From the human T2T-CHM13v2.0 reference genome, Homo sapiens: a stretch of 64,000 bases of DNA. Shown here piece after piece: positions 31,174 to 47,619 of this stretch (positions within the stretch are counted from its first letter, which is position 1; each line of letters begins with the position of its first letter). The notes under the pieces are model-generated. The model ran no database searches. It worked only from the letters and a program-made list of their open reading frames with translations, and was not told the DNA's origin. Both the position numbers and the translations under genes were made by a program. The stretch is taken from the NCBI RefSeq assembly GCF_009914755.1, contig NC_060934.1; one strand, 5' to 3'.

Positions 31174-31233
31174 AGAGTGGCCATAGATGGAAGGCCTCAG
31201 CCGAGAGTGGCCATAGGTGGAAGGCCTCAGTCG
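31174..31233. repeat. 30-bp tandem duplication (2 mismatches)
   Basis: agagtggccatag(a/g)tggaaggcctcag(c/t)cg x2. Confidence 0.93.
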
Positions 31234-31927
31234 CGGGCGTGGTGTGTCCGAAGCCGTTGCTCACAGAACACTTAAGAGCAGCTGCCTGTTTCAACATTGG
31301 TGCTTGACTTTCCCTATTGAATGAACTTCCCTGTCTCTTTTGGACCTCACATTCGGAAAGGTGTCTGAGAGGTCATCCGTTTCAAACTTCATCATCTCAA
31401 ATGAATGGCATTCCCTCCTGCCTTTTAAAACCCCAGGGACGGGAGATTTTATAAGCTATAATGACTTTACCATATATTTTCCTCAAAACTCAACAGCCAT
31501 GATCTCATGAATACTCACCCCTACTTTCTGCCCCTATGAAAAAAAAAATAAATAAAAGGCAAGAGTGAGAAAACCAAACTCAAGGAGGTGAGGTTGGGAG
31601 CCTGGGGCCACGGAACTCAAAGTTCCCAGAATAGAACTGGGTTATCCCGACACCTGTGAACACTGCGCAGTAACATTTTCCAATGTTGGGTAGCAACATT
31701 TTCCAAGTTACTATGAAAAATGGGGAAATACACGCGATAACCAGAGCCAAGTCCTGTTTCCTGACTTTTCCACAGCCTTTCTTGACAACATGCAGGGCAC
31801 ATATTAGACATGAGTCACCGCTGTGGTTTTCTTAGTGCATAAAATTGCACACCTCACTCCCCACCGGGCCTCAGTGGATTCTGAATGAAGCCAGAAAGTG
31901 ATTCAGTCTTAGATCAGAAGAGAAAAT

Positions 31928-31928
<1 letters not shown>

Positions 31929-31957
<29 letters not shown>
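31929..31957. repeat. (CA)n microsatellite, ~14 units
   Basis: CA run. Confidence 0.95.
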
Positions 31958-31960
<3 letters not shown>

Positions 31961-32245
31961 AAAATAGAGTTCTTGTTAACTTCTAGGTTGCAGAAAATAC
32001 TGAGATTAGAAAAACTGTTTTTTCAGCTTCTTAGGACTTTGTATATGTTGGGTTTTCTCGTTAGGTTTTCTTTTGTAAATAAGTGGTTACCACAGTAGCT
32101 TTTCCACCAGAAACATGACTCTGGGTGGATCCTGTTGTCATAGTGATTTAATAAACTAAGTTGAGTTTTTTAGAATTTTTAGTAAGCAGTGAATAATTAG
32201 ATAGAATACTTTTTTCAGCCTTAGTGAAAAATGACATCTATGTAA

Positions 32246-32545
<300 letters not shown>

Positions 32546-33596
32546 CATGTCTATGTAACTTTAAAAAATACGGTATTTTAGTGATAGAGCTGGTGGCAGC
32601 TGATGTAGTAGTAGTAGTCCTTTTCATATTACCCTTGATGGTCCACTTCAAATGAATGAACTTTAATGATTTTACTTTAATAGTTCTTACTACTTTATGA
32701 ATTATTTTGTTTTGTTTTCATAACTCCAACAAGGCATTATTGGCAGTGGATTTTATGGCTTAGTAAGATCTTGAGGTAACTGAGGTTTACTAATTAACCC
32801 TTATTGATTTGTTTGGGACTTTTTGGTGGACACCTTAGTCAAATATACTCTTTTTTTTTTAATTGTCTAGAAAAATGGAATGTGCCCCCAAACTACTTAG
32901 GGATTCTGCATATTTCTAACAGCCTCTGTCTTGCTAAGAGCTGTTGGATAATCCAGGAAGGTTTCAGGGGTTTCAGGAGAAAACGAAGTATATTACATCA
33001 GGGCCATGAAGACCAGTGCCAAGTTACTAACCTGCCTGAGAATGACTCCACTTCTCTCCTATAAAATGAAATGTTCGATGTGTTTTCTTGCATTTTTAGA
33101 GGGCTGTCATCTTTCCCCTGGGCTCACGTTGGTATCTGGGACAACTGAGGGCTCCAGTACTCAGACAAGGGGGAGGTTGGCTGCTGCAGGTGGAGCTCCT
33201 GCCACGTCTGTTCTGTGAGCTCGCCTCTTCCTTTTATCTGGGAGAGAGACAGGTGTATTGCTTTCCCTCATGCCAGAGAAGTCCTTCTTGCTGGTTTGAA
33301 CAGCACCACTCAGAGTCTTGCAGGCTGTATCATATAATCTCCAGCCTTCTACACTTTAGGAGACGGGACAGGCTGAATGGCGTGGTGTTGAGGTGAAGGC
33401 AAGCCCAGAATCCATCAAGAAATCTAAGACTAGGCGGGTGTAAGCTTCAGGTACCTGGGCCTGGTCTCCTTCCCATGTTCACATCCTAGGATAGGAATCC
33501 CTTTCTCTCAAGCTCAGATCAGCCTGTGTTTTGCTCTGAGAGCTTTACTGTGCAGAGAAAAATCCTATGAATAAAGCATCTAGTTTCTACGGTTAA

Positions 33597-34410
<814 letters not shown>

Positions 34411-34959
34411 TGATAGCTCCTGATCATGCCCTTGTGGTTTTTATTCTATTCCCTTGGGGGCAGGTATTCAGGAGTGATTTTTTCATTGCTATTTGGTGGT
34501 TATACGGTGTGAAAATCCTCCTTGATTCAACTGCTAGCAGGTGTTGAGGGGCAAACAAGTCTGGTGGTGACGACTATAGTCCGGATTTTAGTCGTGTGTA
34601 ACAGGAGGAACAAAGAAGGGAGTCTTGCCTTTCTCCGGTTATTCTTGATTTTCAGCGTGTGTTGGTAATGGGATAATTACACAGTGATCAGAAATGAACT
34701 CACTAGCTCTGATTGCAGGCGGCCCATGCCTGGGGCATTGCCACCTGAGAACAGGTCTTACGAGGGGATGCGATGCCTGGATACGAATGACTGCTGGATT
34801 CCAAGCTGCAGCATGCCCCCTGAACACCTGGCCAAATGCAAGAGGCCTAGAGCTCTCCCCTCCAAAAAAGAGCTTGTAGAGAAATGGAAAGCAGGATTTG
34901 GGCTTATGGAAGTGTTTGAGAGTCTGAGCTCTCTTTGGGAAATATGTGGGTTAATATAA

Positions 34960-35261
34960 TTTTTTTTTTTTTCTTTTTTGAGACAGAGTCTCAGTCTGTC
35001 GCCCAGGCTGGAGTGCAGTGGCATAATCTCGGCTCACTGCAACCTCTGCCTCCTGGGTTCAAGTGATTCTCTTGCCTCAGCCTCCTGAGTAGCTGGGATT
35101 ACAGGCGCCTGCCACCATGCCTGGCTCATTTTTGTATTTTTAGTAGAGACGGGGTTCCTCCATGTTGATCAGGCTGGTTTCGAACTCCTGACCTCAAGTG
35201 ATTTGCCTGCCTTGGCCTCCCAAAGTGCTGGAGTTACAGGCGTGAGCCACCGAGCCCGGCT
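34960..35261 (-). mobile_element. AluS
   Basis: full dimer with poly-T. Confidence 0.95.
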
Positions 35262-35468
35262 ATTGTAATGGGTTTTGCTTGTAATAATTTATACACTATG
35301 ACTTGTTTCTTTTGGGGAGGGTTTGCTTTTGTACATGAAACTTGGGCTTGTATCTAGAAAGCACGCGATGTTTTTATGATGCAGAATAAAGGAGGGAAGA
35401 AGGGATGTTGATGCCGCTTCTGTGTTCTTCTAGGACTTGGGCAATTTCCTTTTGTACTATCCATCTCA

Positions 35469-35815
<347 letters not shown>

Positions 35816-36905
35816 AAAGAAAGGCCCCTTCAATTCTACCTCATGACAAATAAATTCTATTACCTCCGGCTCCTGTGTGAGTTGCCTGTGAATATCCAGA
35901 ACTCCCAGGTACAGGGAACCTCTGTTGGTCTGGAAGCGTCAGCGGCAGAAATTCAGTCTTCCTTTTCCCAATCAGATTCAAGCCAGCTTGAAACGATAGT
36001 TTTGAATGTCTCAGAATTGGATACAAGAAGCGTTTCCCCTCAGGTTGTTCAGACAGCCAGGAATGCGTTAGCCTGACTAAGTTGGTTGTTCTGAGGTTTG
36101 GTTTCTGTGGTGCCAAAATCTAGAAAAAGGCCCTGAGTGGTGTGTATCTGAAATGAGAAAAGCCTTGTGCTTGAGCCTCAGTGATTGAGTCTCTGCTGCT
36201 CTTCAGCGGGGTCCTGTGCCTTCCTGGGCAGGGTCTTGAGCTGCGTTGTTCGGTCCCCCCATCCCTCATCAGGTGATACCCTTCAAGGCCACCCATCTCG
36301 CCGTCTTTGGCCTCTTCATCCACGCCGTGCGGCCTGTTCGTCCTAACTGGCCATGGAAACTTCTCCCTCGCATGTCCCCACCACTGCCTGGTCCCGGGGC
36401 CACTCGGTGGGATAATTCCCAAGCCCCCTTTCCCAGCCCAGGCCCTCTTCTTGAACTCTGGCCCCTAAATCCAGCTGCTCCTGGATACCTCTAAGTCAGC
36501 AAGCCCAGTGTGAGTCTAAGTGAGCTCCATTGTCCCCTCCCTCTCCCCGACAAATGTTCCCACCAAGTCTCTAGCTCCGTGTGGCCTGACATTCTCCTCT
36601 TGTCACCCAAGATGGACGTCCAGTTACAGTTTTGGCTCTTTCCCCCACCTCTCACCTCTCCTCCCAATCCCCCTTTTCTAATCCCTCCTCCAAGTCTGAT
36701 TGGTGCAGTTTCTCAGATTTCAATTTAAATCTCTTGACCCTACCTATTTTTAGGAACGCCTTCCCTCACCAAACATGCATACTCACCCCTGAGCCCTCAC
36801 TGCCTCCTCCGTGAATTTCTCCAGCAGCGCCTTTGCTGGTCTCGCTTCCTTCTATCTTGGCCCCAGTCCAGCGTATTTTCCACAGTGGGTCCAAAGTGAT
36901 TCTCA

Positions 36906-37147
<242 letters not shown>

Positions 37148-37177
37148 TCATTCAACTCCCTCTTGCATCATCTAATA

Positions 37178-37301
37178 GAGGGTCCGACCATACGACATCT
37201 GGTTTGTCTGAGACAGCCCTGGTATATATAATTTTTCCTGGTGTAAATGTGTCACTCTTAAACACTTCCTGGTTCAGGTGATACACCCTGTGGTCTCTCT
37301 A
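37178..37301 (-). mobile_element. MER94-like hAT-Blackjack element
   Basis: agggtccgaccatacg...tggtttgtctgagacagccctgg...tcactcttaaa...tggtctctcta with degenerate tagggtgacca terminal inverted repeats. Confidence 0.6.
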
Positions 37302-37551
37302 CTTATAAGGCCTTCCATGATTGATGTGCCACCCGAGTCACATTCTGCTCCAGCCACACTGGACGGTGGGGACTATGCCACATCTTCATGTTCACCTCCA
37401 GCCTTGACCACGTGGTCCATCTGCATGGAGTCTGACCCATGGTCCCTTCTCCCCAGCTGGCTCCTGGGCACCCTCTAGGCCTCCACTTAAATCCCATCCC
37501 ATCTGGGAGACCTTCCCGTTTTCTCTTCAGCACTAGATAAGGTGCCCCTTT

Positions 37552-37870
37552 CTTTTCTTTCTTTCTTTCTTTCTTTTTTTTTTTTTTTGAGACAGAGTCT
37601 TGCTCTGTCCCCCAGGCTGGGGTGCAATGGTGCAGTCTCGGCTCACTGCAACTTCTGGCGTCTAGGTTCCAGTGATTCTCCTGCCTCAGCTTCCTGAGTA
37701 GCTGAGACTATACACGTGTGCCACCACGCCCAGCTAATTTTTGTATTTTTAGTAGAGACGGGGTTTCACCACGTTGGCCAGGCTTGTCTTGAACTCCTGA
37801 CCTCGGGTGAACTGCCTGCCTCGGCCTCCCAACGTGCTGGGATTACAGGCGTGAGCCACCGCCCTCAGCC
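37552..37870 (-). mobile_element. AluS
   Basis: dimer; TSD aaggtgccccttt. Confidence 0.95.
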
Positions 37871-38532
37871 AAGGTGCCCCTTTGCCTACGCCCTCCAGAA
37901 CCTCTTCTTAGCCCTGTGCACCACTTACTGCCTGGGATCCGAATTGCTTATTTATCCTGTTCCTCATCTAGAGTCTCTTGAGGACAAGGATGAATGTCTT
38001 GGGCACAGCTCGCTGAGGTTAGTTGAGTGCCTGCCACATAATCATTGCTTGATACATATTTGTTGAACAAGCGAATATATGGGCGAGACAGAAGTGGGAT
38101 TCCTCCCAAATAAGAAAATATAATTTATCAGTTGTCCCACTTTATTTAAAATATGATGACAGGCAGACTTTAAATCCTGCCCCAGGAACATTTTTGCATG
38201 CACTGGTGGAAGAACTGAGAAAACAGACTAAAAAATTCTCATCCTGCTATTAAATAATTCAGGCTCACTGGAGAACAGCCCATGCCAGGTATATGTCACC
38301 TCCAGCATTAGCTAACTTTAGCTGATCTTGGTATTATTTTACAGTTTCCTCTTTAGTGCACCGTTCATGATAAGCTGTTATTTTGAGCATTGCAACAATT
38401 CCTCTTTCATGAGATGTCTTTGGGCCGTGCAGTATTTAGGCTTGACGTGGAGTCAGCCCTGGTAATGGGAAGCTCATCCTGCAGCTCAAGACTTGCCTGT
38501 TTAGGCTGTTGTATTTTTGCTGTGAAGGGATA

Positions 38533-38833
<301 letters not shown>

Positions 38834-38838
38834 GGGAA

Positions 38839-39410
<572 letters not shown>

Positions 39411-39447
39411 TGCTGTAGATGTTTCTCAGGACAACTGGGCATCACTG

Positions 39448-40308
<861 letters not shown>

Positions 40309-40310
40309 GC

Positions 40311-40540
40311 TCTTTATTTTTAAATTAATTAATTATTATACTTTAAGTTCTGGGATACATGTGCAGAATGTGCAGATTTGTTACATAGGTATTCACATGC
40401 CATGGTGGTTTGCTGCACCCATCAATCAACCCGTCATCTGCATTAGGTATATCTCCTAATGCTATCCCTCCCCTATCCCGCCATCCCCTGACAGGCCCAG
40501 GTGTGTGATGTTCCCCTCCCTGTGTCCATGTGTTCTCATT
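40311..40540 (-). mobile_element. L1PA (L1PA7/8-like) 3' end, ~230 bp
   Basis: ttatactttaagttctgggatacatgtgcagaatgtgcag...ctcctaatgctatccctcccc...gtgtgtgatgttcccctccctgtgtccatgtgttctcatt. Confidence 0.92.
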
Positions 40541-40719
40541 TGAACTTACCCTTTCTTACAGGAAAGAGTTGGGTTGTGTCCATCCTGCCTAGAATCCCTG
40601 CTGGCTTTTCTGAGCCCTCTTACCTGGGCTTTTTGTGAATTAGGTGGGGAGCTTTTAGGCCCTTGAATATAGATAGCTTGTTAAAGACTGTCTATTCTTT
40701 CTCACCAAAATTTCTTTTC

Positions 40720-40998
40720 TTTCTCCACGTTCGACATTCTATCTCATGGTATTCCTCAAGGTGCCCGTTTCTCTCTCTCTCTGCTAATACCACCTTGGTC
40801 TGAGACACCACCTTCTCTTTTCTGGGTGGATCTGATAGCTTTCCCGTGGGGTTCTGCCTTTCATCCCGTTCCTCTTCAACTTCGCCTCCCCACTGAGCCA
40901 GGGCAGCCCCGGGAAGAGGCCAGCGGGATCTGGGCACTGTCCCATGTCAGGCTTCTGCTGGCTCCCACTGCCCTTAGAACACAACCCAGCTTCCTTAC
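40720..40998 (+). mobile_element. L2 fragment (continues ~41360-41640)
   Basis: ctgctaataccaccttggtctgagacaccacc...ggctcccactgcccttagaacacaacccagcttcctt. Confidence 0.55.
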
Positions 40999-41352
40999 TG
41001 TTAGGAGCAGAAAGCTTGTGTCCCCACGAAATTTCTCTGTTGAAATTCTCACTCCCAATGCGACGGTGTTAGGAAGTGGGGCCTTTGGGAGGTGATTAGG
41101 TCATAAAGGGGGAGCCCTCCTGAATGAGATTAATGTCCTTATCAAAGAGACCCCATAGAGCTGCCTCGCCACTGTGTCAGGATACAGCAAGAAGGTGGCT
41201 GTCCATACCCAGAAGAGGGCGCTCACCAGAACCCAACCCTGCTAGCACCGTGATCTTGGACCTCCAGCCTCCAACCGTGGGAAGTCAATGTGTGGTTTAT
41301 GAGCCACCAGGTTTATGGTACTTTGCTGTAGCAGCCCGAATGCAGGATGACA
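40999..41352 (+). mobile_element. MLT1A-like MaLR solo LTR
   Basis: TG...CA; ggtgttaggaagtggggcctttgggaggtgattaggtcat; gatcttggacctccagcctcc; TSD CTTAC/CTCAC. Confidence 0.85.
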
Positions 41353-41647
41353 CTCACTTTGGCCAGGAATGGGGGTATGGTGTGGCCTCTGCCCACCCAC
41401 TGCCATCTTCCACATTGTGCCTCCCTCATCGCCCACCCCTGCCACTCTGGCTTGCCTTGAGTTCCCCAGCCCCCAAGCCCTCTCTGGTCTCAGGGCCTCA
41501 CACACGTGCTTTCCTCTTTGCTGACCCCTTCTCCCCCACTCTTCTTTCTCATTCTCCAGCCTGCAGTGTGAATGCCACCTCCTCCAGGCAGTCTCCCCTG
41601 ACCACCAAATGTCCCATGCTCTCTTCCCCTTCCCCATTCTCTCTCTC

Positions 41648-41942
41648 TTTTTTTCTTCCTGAGACAGAGTCTCGCTTTGTCACCCAGGCTGGAGTGCAGT
41701 GGTGTGATCTCGGCTCATTGCAACCTCTGCCTCCAAGGCTCAAGCAATTCTCCTGCCTCAGCCTCCTGAGTAGCTGGGATTATAGGTGCGCGCTATCGTG
41801 CCTGGCTAATTTTTGTATTTTTGGTAGAGATGGGGTTTTACCATATTGGCCAGGCTGGTCTCGAACTCCTGACCTCAGGTGATCCACTCACCTCAGCCTC
41901 CCAAAGTGCTGGGATTACAGGCGTGAGCCACCATGCCTGGCC
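41648..41942 (-). mobile_element. AluSx-like
   Basis: dimer; TSD cccattctct. Confidence 0.95.
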
Positions 41943-43038
41943 CCCATTCTCTCTTATAACATCCTGTGACCCTGCACGACCTCTTCAGTCATCCACCTCA
42001 CTGTGCCCAGCCCTTAGCACATGGGCTGACAAACATTGGCACTAAGTTCAGGTTCGAGGTGGGTGTGACTGAGACCACCGGGTGCCTGTGGGAGATGGGC
42101 CCAGGGAAGTTGCTGTGTGCAGCTGCACTCCACGCAAGGTTTCACCTCTGGTGAATCCCTCCACCGAGGATGCGTGAATGTTTGCATTAATGTACTTGGT
42201 TAGCATCCTTTGGACACATGGGCTGGGTAACTGCAGTTCTTAGAACAACACTGCCCCAGCACTGCCCCTCCCCACCCCGGGGAGTCACTCTCACTTTGTC
42301 TCCCACATTCTCTCCTGCTTGCTTGCTTCTCTCACTGTTTTCCAGCCTTCTGATTTCCTCTGCTTCATGTTCTTTGTCATACATAATGACAAAAACACTT
42401 ACATCCCCCACTGCCTTGCTGTTCTCTCTTGGATGGAAGTCAGTAGCTGGTATAATCCTAGAAAACCCCTGTTCCAATCCTGCTCGTTTGGGATTTGTGA
42501 GCATTTGGATGGGACCAAGCCCCTGTTGACCTTTGCATGCTCCGTGAAAAGACGGATTGCTCAGCAAAGCGCTGTGGTCAATAATTCCCAAATGAACACG
42601 ATCCGCTCTCCCGGAGAGCACAGCCCCACAAGGCACTGACCAGCCCTGCTGGTAGGTGGGCTTGCACGGAACAGGTCTGTGGGTCCTTTGGCCTCCTGTA
42701 GCTGTGAGTTTTTATATCTGATGAACTTGAAGGGGATCAGTGTGCTTCAGAACATCTAGAGCTTTCACTAAATCAGATTAGTTTTTATCCCAAGTCATTT
42801 GAATTAATTACACGACTTTTTCCTTGTCCTGTCTGTGGGTCACACACCAGAGTCTGAGAACGAGGCAGTACATTGCTGATTTTGCAAACACACTGAGACC
42901 AGACAGCTGCCCAGGCTGTGAACGACCACAGGCTTCCTTAGGGCAGAGCTGGAGATAGAATCCACGTGCCGAGTATTGGATATGTCTCCATTGCAGCTCT
43001 CTGGGGCTTTTCAGGCTTGGAGCTTTGGTGCATACATG

Positions 43039-43039
<1 letters not shown>

Positions 43040-43069
<30 letters not shown>

Positions 43070-43352
43070 TTAAGACGGGGTCTTGCTGTGTGGCCCCGGC
43101 TGGAGTGCAGTGGTGCAATCTCAGCTCACTGCAACCTCTGCCACCTGTGTTTAACCGATTCTCCTGCTTCACCCTCTTAAGTAGCTGGGATTACAGGTGT
43201 GCACCACCACGCCAGGCTAATTTTTGTATTTTTAGTAGAGACGGGATTTCGCCATGCTGGCCAGGCTGGTTTCAAACTCCTGACCTCAAGTGATCCGCCC
43301 GCTTTGGCCTCCCAAAGTGCTGGGGTTATAGGCGTGAACCATATGCCCAGCT
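43040..43352 (-). mobile_element. AluS with (GAT)9 at the tail/TSD junction
   Basis: dimer; TSD atacatgtgat. Confidence 0.93.
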
Positions 43353-44720
43353 GATACATGTGATTATTTTTAAATGCTATTGTTTTTATTTTTTATAATA
43401 AATTAGGAGATGAGCCTCATTTTCTTATTTTTTAAAAAATTATGCTTTCTCCACCTTGTTCTTACTGCCTTATTCTTGTAGTAGAGAAAGGAAGAAAAAT
43501 TAAAACAATAAACCAAAATGTGAAAGGCAGTTTTGTCGGGAAGTTATCAAACACACATCTCACCTCCACTGCTGCCCCTTGGAAGCCTGGGGCTGTTTTT
43601 TGCAGCTGCACTGTAATCCCTGGTTATTGAGGGCACAGGTGGAAACGGAGATCAGCTCATGGCTTAGAAAGGAGCCGGGTGCACAGGTGGGTCTGGGTGA
43701 GCTGGAGGCTGTGATCACTCAGTGTCTGAGGAGAGAGACTGGGTGGGTCGGGGAGAGAGGCCGATTCTCAGACTCCAAGAGAGTCAGTTATGTGCACTCC
43801 CGAGAGGTAGATGCAATCCCCTCACTTTCCCGAGGAATAACTCATTCAAAAGATGCACTAATCCTCAGGGGAATCCAGGGAGATCCTTCAGAGCGCCTGC
43901 CTATCGTGGAGCACCTGAGGAACCCAGGGTGGGAGGAGCGTGCTCTGTTACTCCAGGGCCAGAGCTGGGGGCGTCCGTTCCCTGCTTTAATAAAGCCTCT
44001 GATCTCACCCGCATGACCCGGTCTGACTTTTCTCCTCTTCTTTTCTACTTCCCTGAAGGGATTACTGGGAAAACTAGAAGTGACAGCTATTATCCAGCTT
44101 TTCTATATTACATTTTAAGATTTACAACCTTCTCACATCCGCAGAGGATTTGAGGATGTTCTTGGCAACCTCTGATGATTCCTGACTCTTCTCCTGGCGT
44201 CACAGTTCCTCCAGCTGTGTTTCCCTTTTGGCCATGCGGCAGGGTCTGGAGAGACCTGTCATCCCTGGGGAGAGGCAATCAAGAAGGCCGACCATGTCTC
44301 CTTGAGCAGAGGTCACTGTGGCCAGTCTTTGGCTCAGGTATTCTACCTTTGGAAGAGGGGTTTTGGATACATCAGAGGAGCAGTGATTTCCAGATTCCAA
44401 GGGCTGTCTGGAGACACTGGGCCGCGTTTCTCTGAGAGCCTGGGAGCTCTAATTTGCCTTTGGAGATGGTGATAGGGAGAGTGGGAATCATATGACCCAC
44501 AGAGGTGGATTGAAACTTGCCCGTGGTGGTGGGGAGACAGCCCCAAAGAGTTTTTCCTCAGCCCCATGAGGCTGTGATTCTCAAGTTTTCTCCTATCACC
44601 CTTACCTTCGTTTGCAGGAAACTTAGTCCAAGGTTTATTTGTCTGTTGTCTTTGTGTGTGTGTTTCTGGCAGATCCAGCTGGGGCCTGGTTTGAAGACTT
44701 TTGCTTTCCCACCAAAGTGG

Positions 44721-45017
44721 GAATGAATAAACAAATGAATGAGTGAGTACACGAATAAATGAATGAATTAATAAATAATGAATGAGCGAATGGATGAGTT
44801 AATGTGTGAATGAATGGGCAAGTGAACAAATGAATGAGTGAATGGATGAGTTAATATGTGAATGAATGGGCAAATGAACAAATGAATGAGTTGAATAAAT
44901 GAATGAATGAGTGAATAGATGAGTTAATGTGTGAATGAATGGGCGAATGAACAAATGAGTGAGTTGAATAAATGAATGGGTGAGTTGAATAATGAATGAA
45001 TGAGTGAACGAATGAAT
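44721..45017. repeat. (GAAT/TGAA)-rich compound repeat
   Basis: gaatgaat runs with gatgagttaat(g/a)tgtgaatgaatgggc three times. Confidence 0.9.
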
Positions 45018-46289
45018 GGTGTCAGGGTGCCAGCGCTTGCCTTGCTTGCACCCTGAAGATTCCCCATTGTCCACCCTTACCGTGTCCTTGTCACTGGTGT
45101 TCTGCCCTCATTGGGCTGGTCTGTGCTGGACACTCTCGAAGGCCAGATTCCACCCACCTGCTCCCAAGATGGTGCCGTCTCGGCAATGGGAGCTGCTGCA
45201 CAGCACAGGATGACCCTTTGGGAGAGTCATGTACAAGGTCCCCGGGATTAGAGTAAATGCCAGTGCTATGCAGGGATTTCACTGTCCCTGAGCCAGCTCA
45301 CACGGATCATGGAAAAGAACCACAGACTGTGCCCAGATGTGTTCCGGGCATGGGAGCAGGTGGGGCGTGAATTACATAAGATCCAGGGAAAGACCCATAA
45401 AGCACACACCAGGTGCTCGGTCAGGTTTCCTCTCACAGCCTCAGAATTGCTCTCTTTATGCTGTTCTCCTTTTAGAGATTAGAGGAGCTTGGAGATCCCC
45501 CATCTCCCTGCTGAAAACCTTTCCCAGTCCAGCTGCTTTTTTGCCTACCACGTTTGTGGAGCTTTGCTGATCATTCTCATCCTACCAGCTGCCCTCCCTC
45601 CTGCAGACCCCAGGACTTAATTACCAATGCCTGATATCTTTCCCTCTGCTCTCATTTCCTGCTCCAGGTACAGCGTAATTTTTTTCTCAGGTGGAAGGGT
45701 TTGATTTTTTTTTTTAATATTTGTTTATTCAAAACAAACAGTCTAGGCTTCCTTAGAGTCTTCTCCCTTAATTTTGCTTGGTTATTTAGTCAACAAAAGA
45801 AGCATAAAACTGGGTCGAGGAAAGCGGAATCTGGTGGTCAGAATGCATCGAGTTTTGGAGTGGTTTCTCAGGATTTGCCTCATGTAAGGGGTCTGGAGCC
45901 TGTGATTGGCATCTCCCCAGTCAATGCCTTGCGTCCAGAAAGCTGGCATGCGGTTTATATTTGCTGAATGGAAAACCATAGAAAAGAAAAAACAAACTCG
46001 TGGATTCAGAGCATTTTTGCAGTAACATTGAGGAACCTGCCAGATAGCCACGTGCTTGGGCCCCTGCCCCTGGGCATCACTCAGCTCTGCATCTTCTAGG
46101 GGCTGCAGTTTGCCAAACCCTCACTTTGTAAAGGGTTATGTTAAGAGTCCTAACATACACAGACTTCCTGTCGTTGGGTGGGGATTTCAGGTCCCCCAGT
46201 GCATCCTTCTGTCTGGATTTAGTTGCATCTACAAGTCCCTCCTCTGAAGTGGTACTGGCCCTTGTGAATTTTATTATGATTATTGTGGG

Positions 46290-46436
46290 GAAAGGGTCTT
46301 GCTCTATTACCCAGGCTGGAATGCGGTGGTGTGATCATACCTCACTGCAGCCTTGAACTCCTGGGCTCAAGTGATCCTCCTGCCTCAGTCTCCTGAGTTG
46401 CTGGGACTGCAGGAGCAATCCCTCATACCTGGCTAA
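46290..46436 (-). mobile_element. AluJ right arm / FRAM
   Basis: agggtcttgctct...gatcatacctcactgcagccttgaactcctgggctcaagtgatcc. Confidence 0.85.
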
Positions 46437-46544
46437 GAGCTCTCTTCCTTTTCTATTGCTTTCTTACCTTGAGTAACTAGTCCTAAGATTTTTCTCTTCC
46501 AAATTAAAAAAATAAGTCTGTTGTTATATTTCTAATTGTGACTG

Positions 46545-46650
46545 GGTACAGGATGATAGCATAGAGTGTTTGGGGTTTGGAGTCAGACACACCCCTGACT
46601 TGTGACCCCAGGTAAGCCATTTGGCCTTTCCAAATCTCCTCTGTAAACGA
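46545..46650 (+). mobile_element. MIR fragment
   Basis: tttggagtcagacac...tgtgaccccaggtaagccattt...ctcctctgtaaa. Confidence 0.5.
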
Positions 46651-47221
46651 GTGCCCTTCAGCGCTTGAGATTTCCTGATTCTGTGTACAAGGGGTCTGGC
46701 GCTGAGCCTTGATCATGGATGCCCATGAGATGCCCACTACCCTAGTGACCAGGAACGGGGCTGGATCTAGGCAGAATTGTGAGATTGGCTTGGCTCCAGG
46801 CTCATAGAGCCCAGCCGTTGTTTGTGCAAGCTGTGAGCTCTCTCATTACTGGCCTAGAATTAGCTGGTGGCTTTAGGGATAATGACATCCAGCAAGTGAC
46901 TGCTTAAAGATTCCAAGGATTTAAGGACCTAAATTAGCAAATCTCTTTCCCTAATTGCAAAGTGAAAAACGTCCTTGTGCTGTTTTCAAATCTGTTAAAT
47001 AATACTCTGAACGGTGTGTAAATACACATTTGATGTTCACCGGGTAATGCTTCCCAATGCTGAGTGGTAGCCCGGTCACCTTGATCGCCTTCAGTCTGTG
47101 CTGGGTGTTCTGAGACTTGAAGGATGTGGGAATCATCCGTCTAGAAAAGGCTGGCCCTTGGGCATGACCCTGACCTCCCTGCAGGAGAGTTATCTTTGAG
47201 AAAGCAGCCCAGGAGGAATCA

Positions 47222-47619
<398 letters not shown>

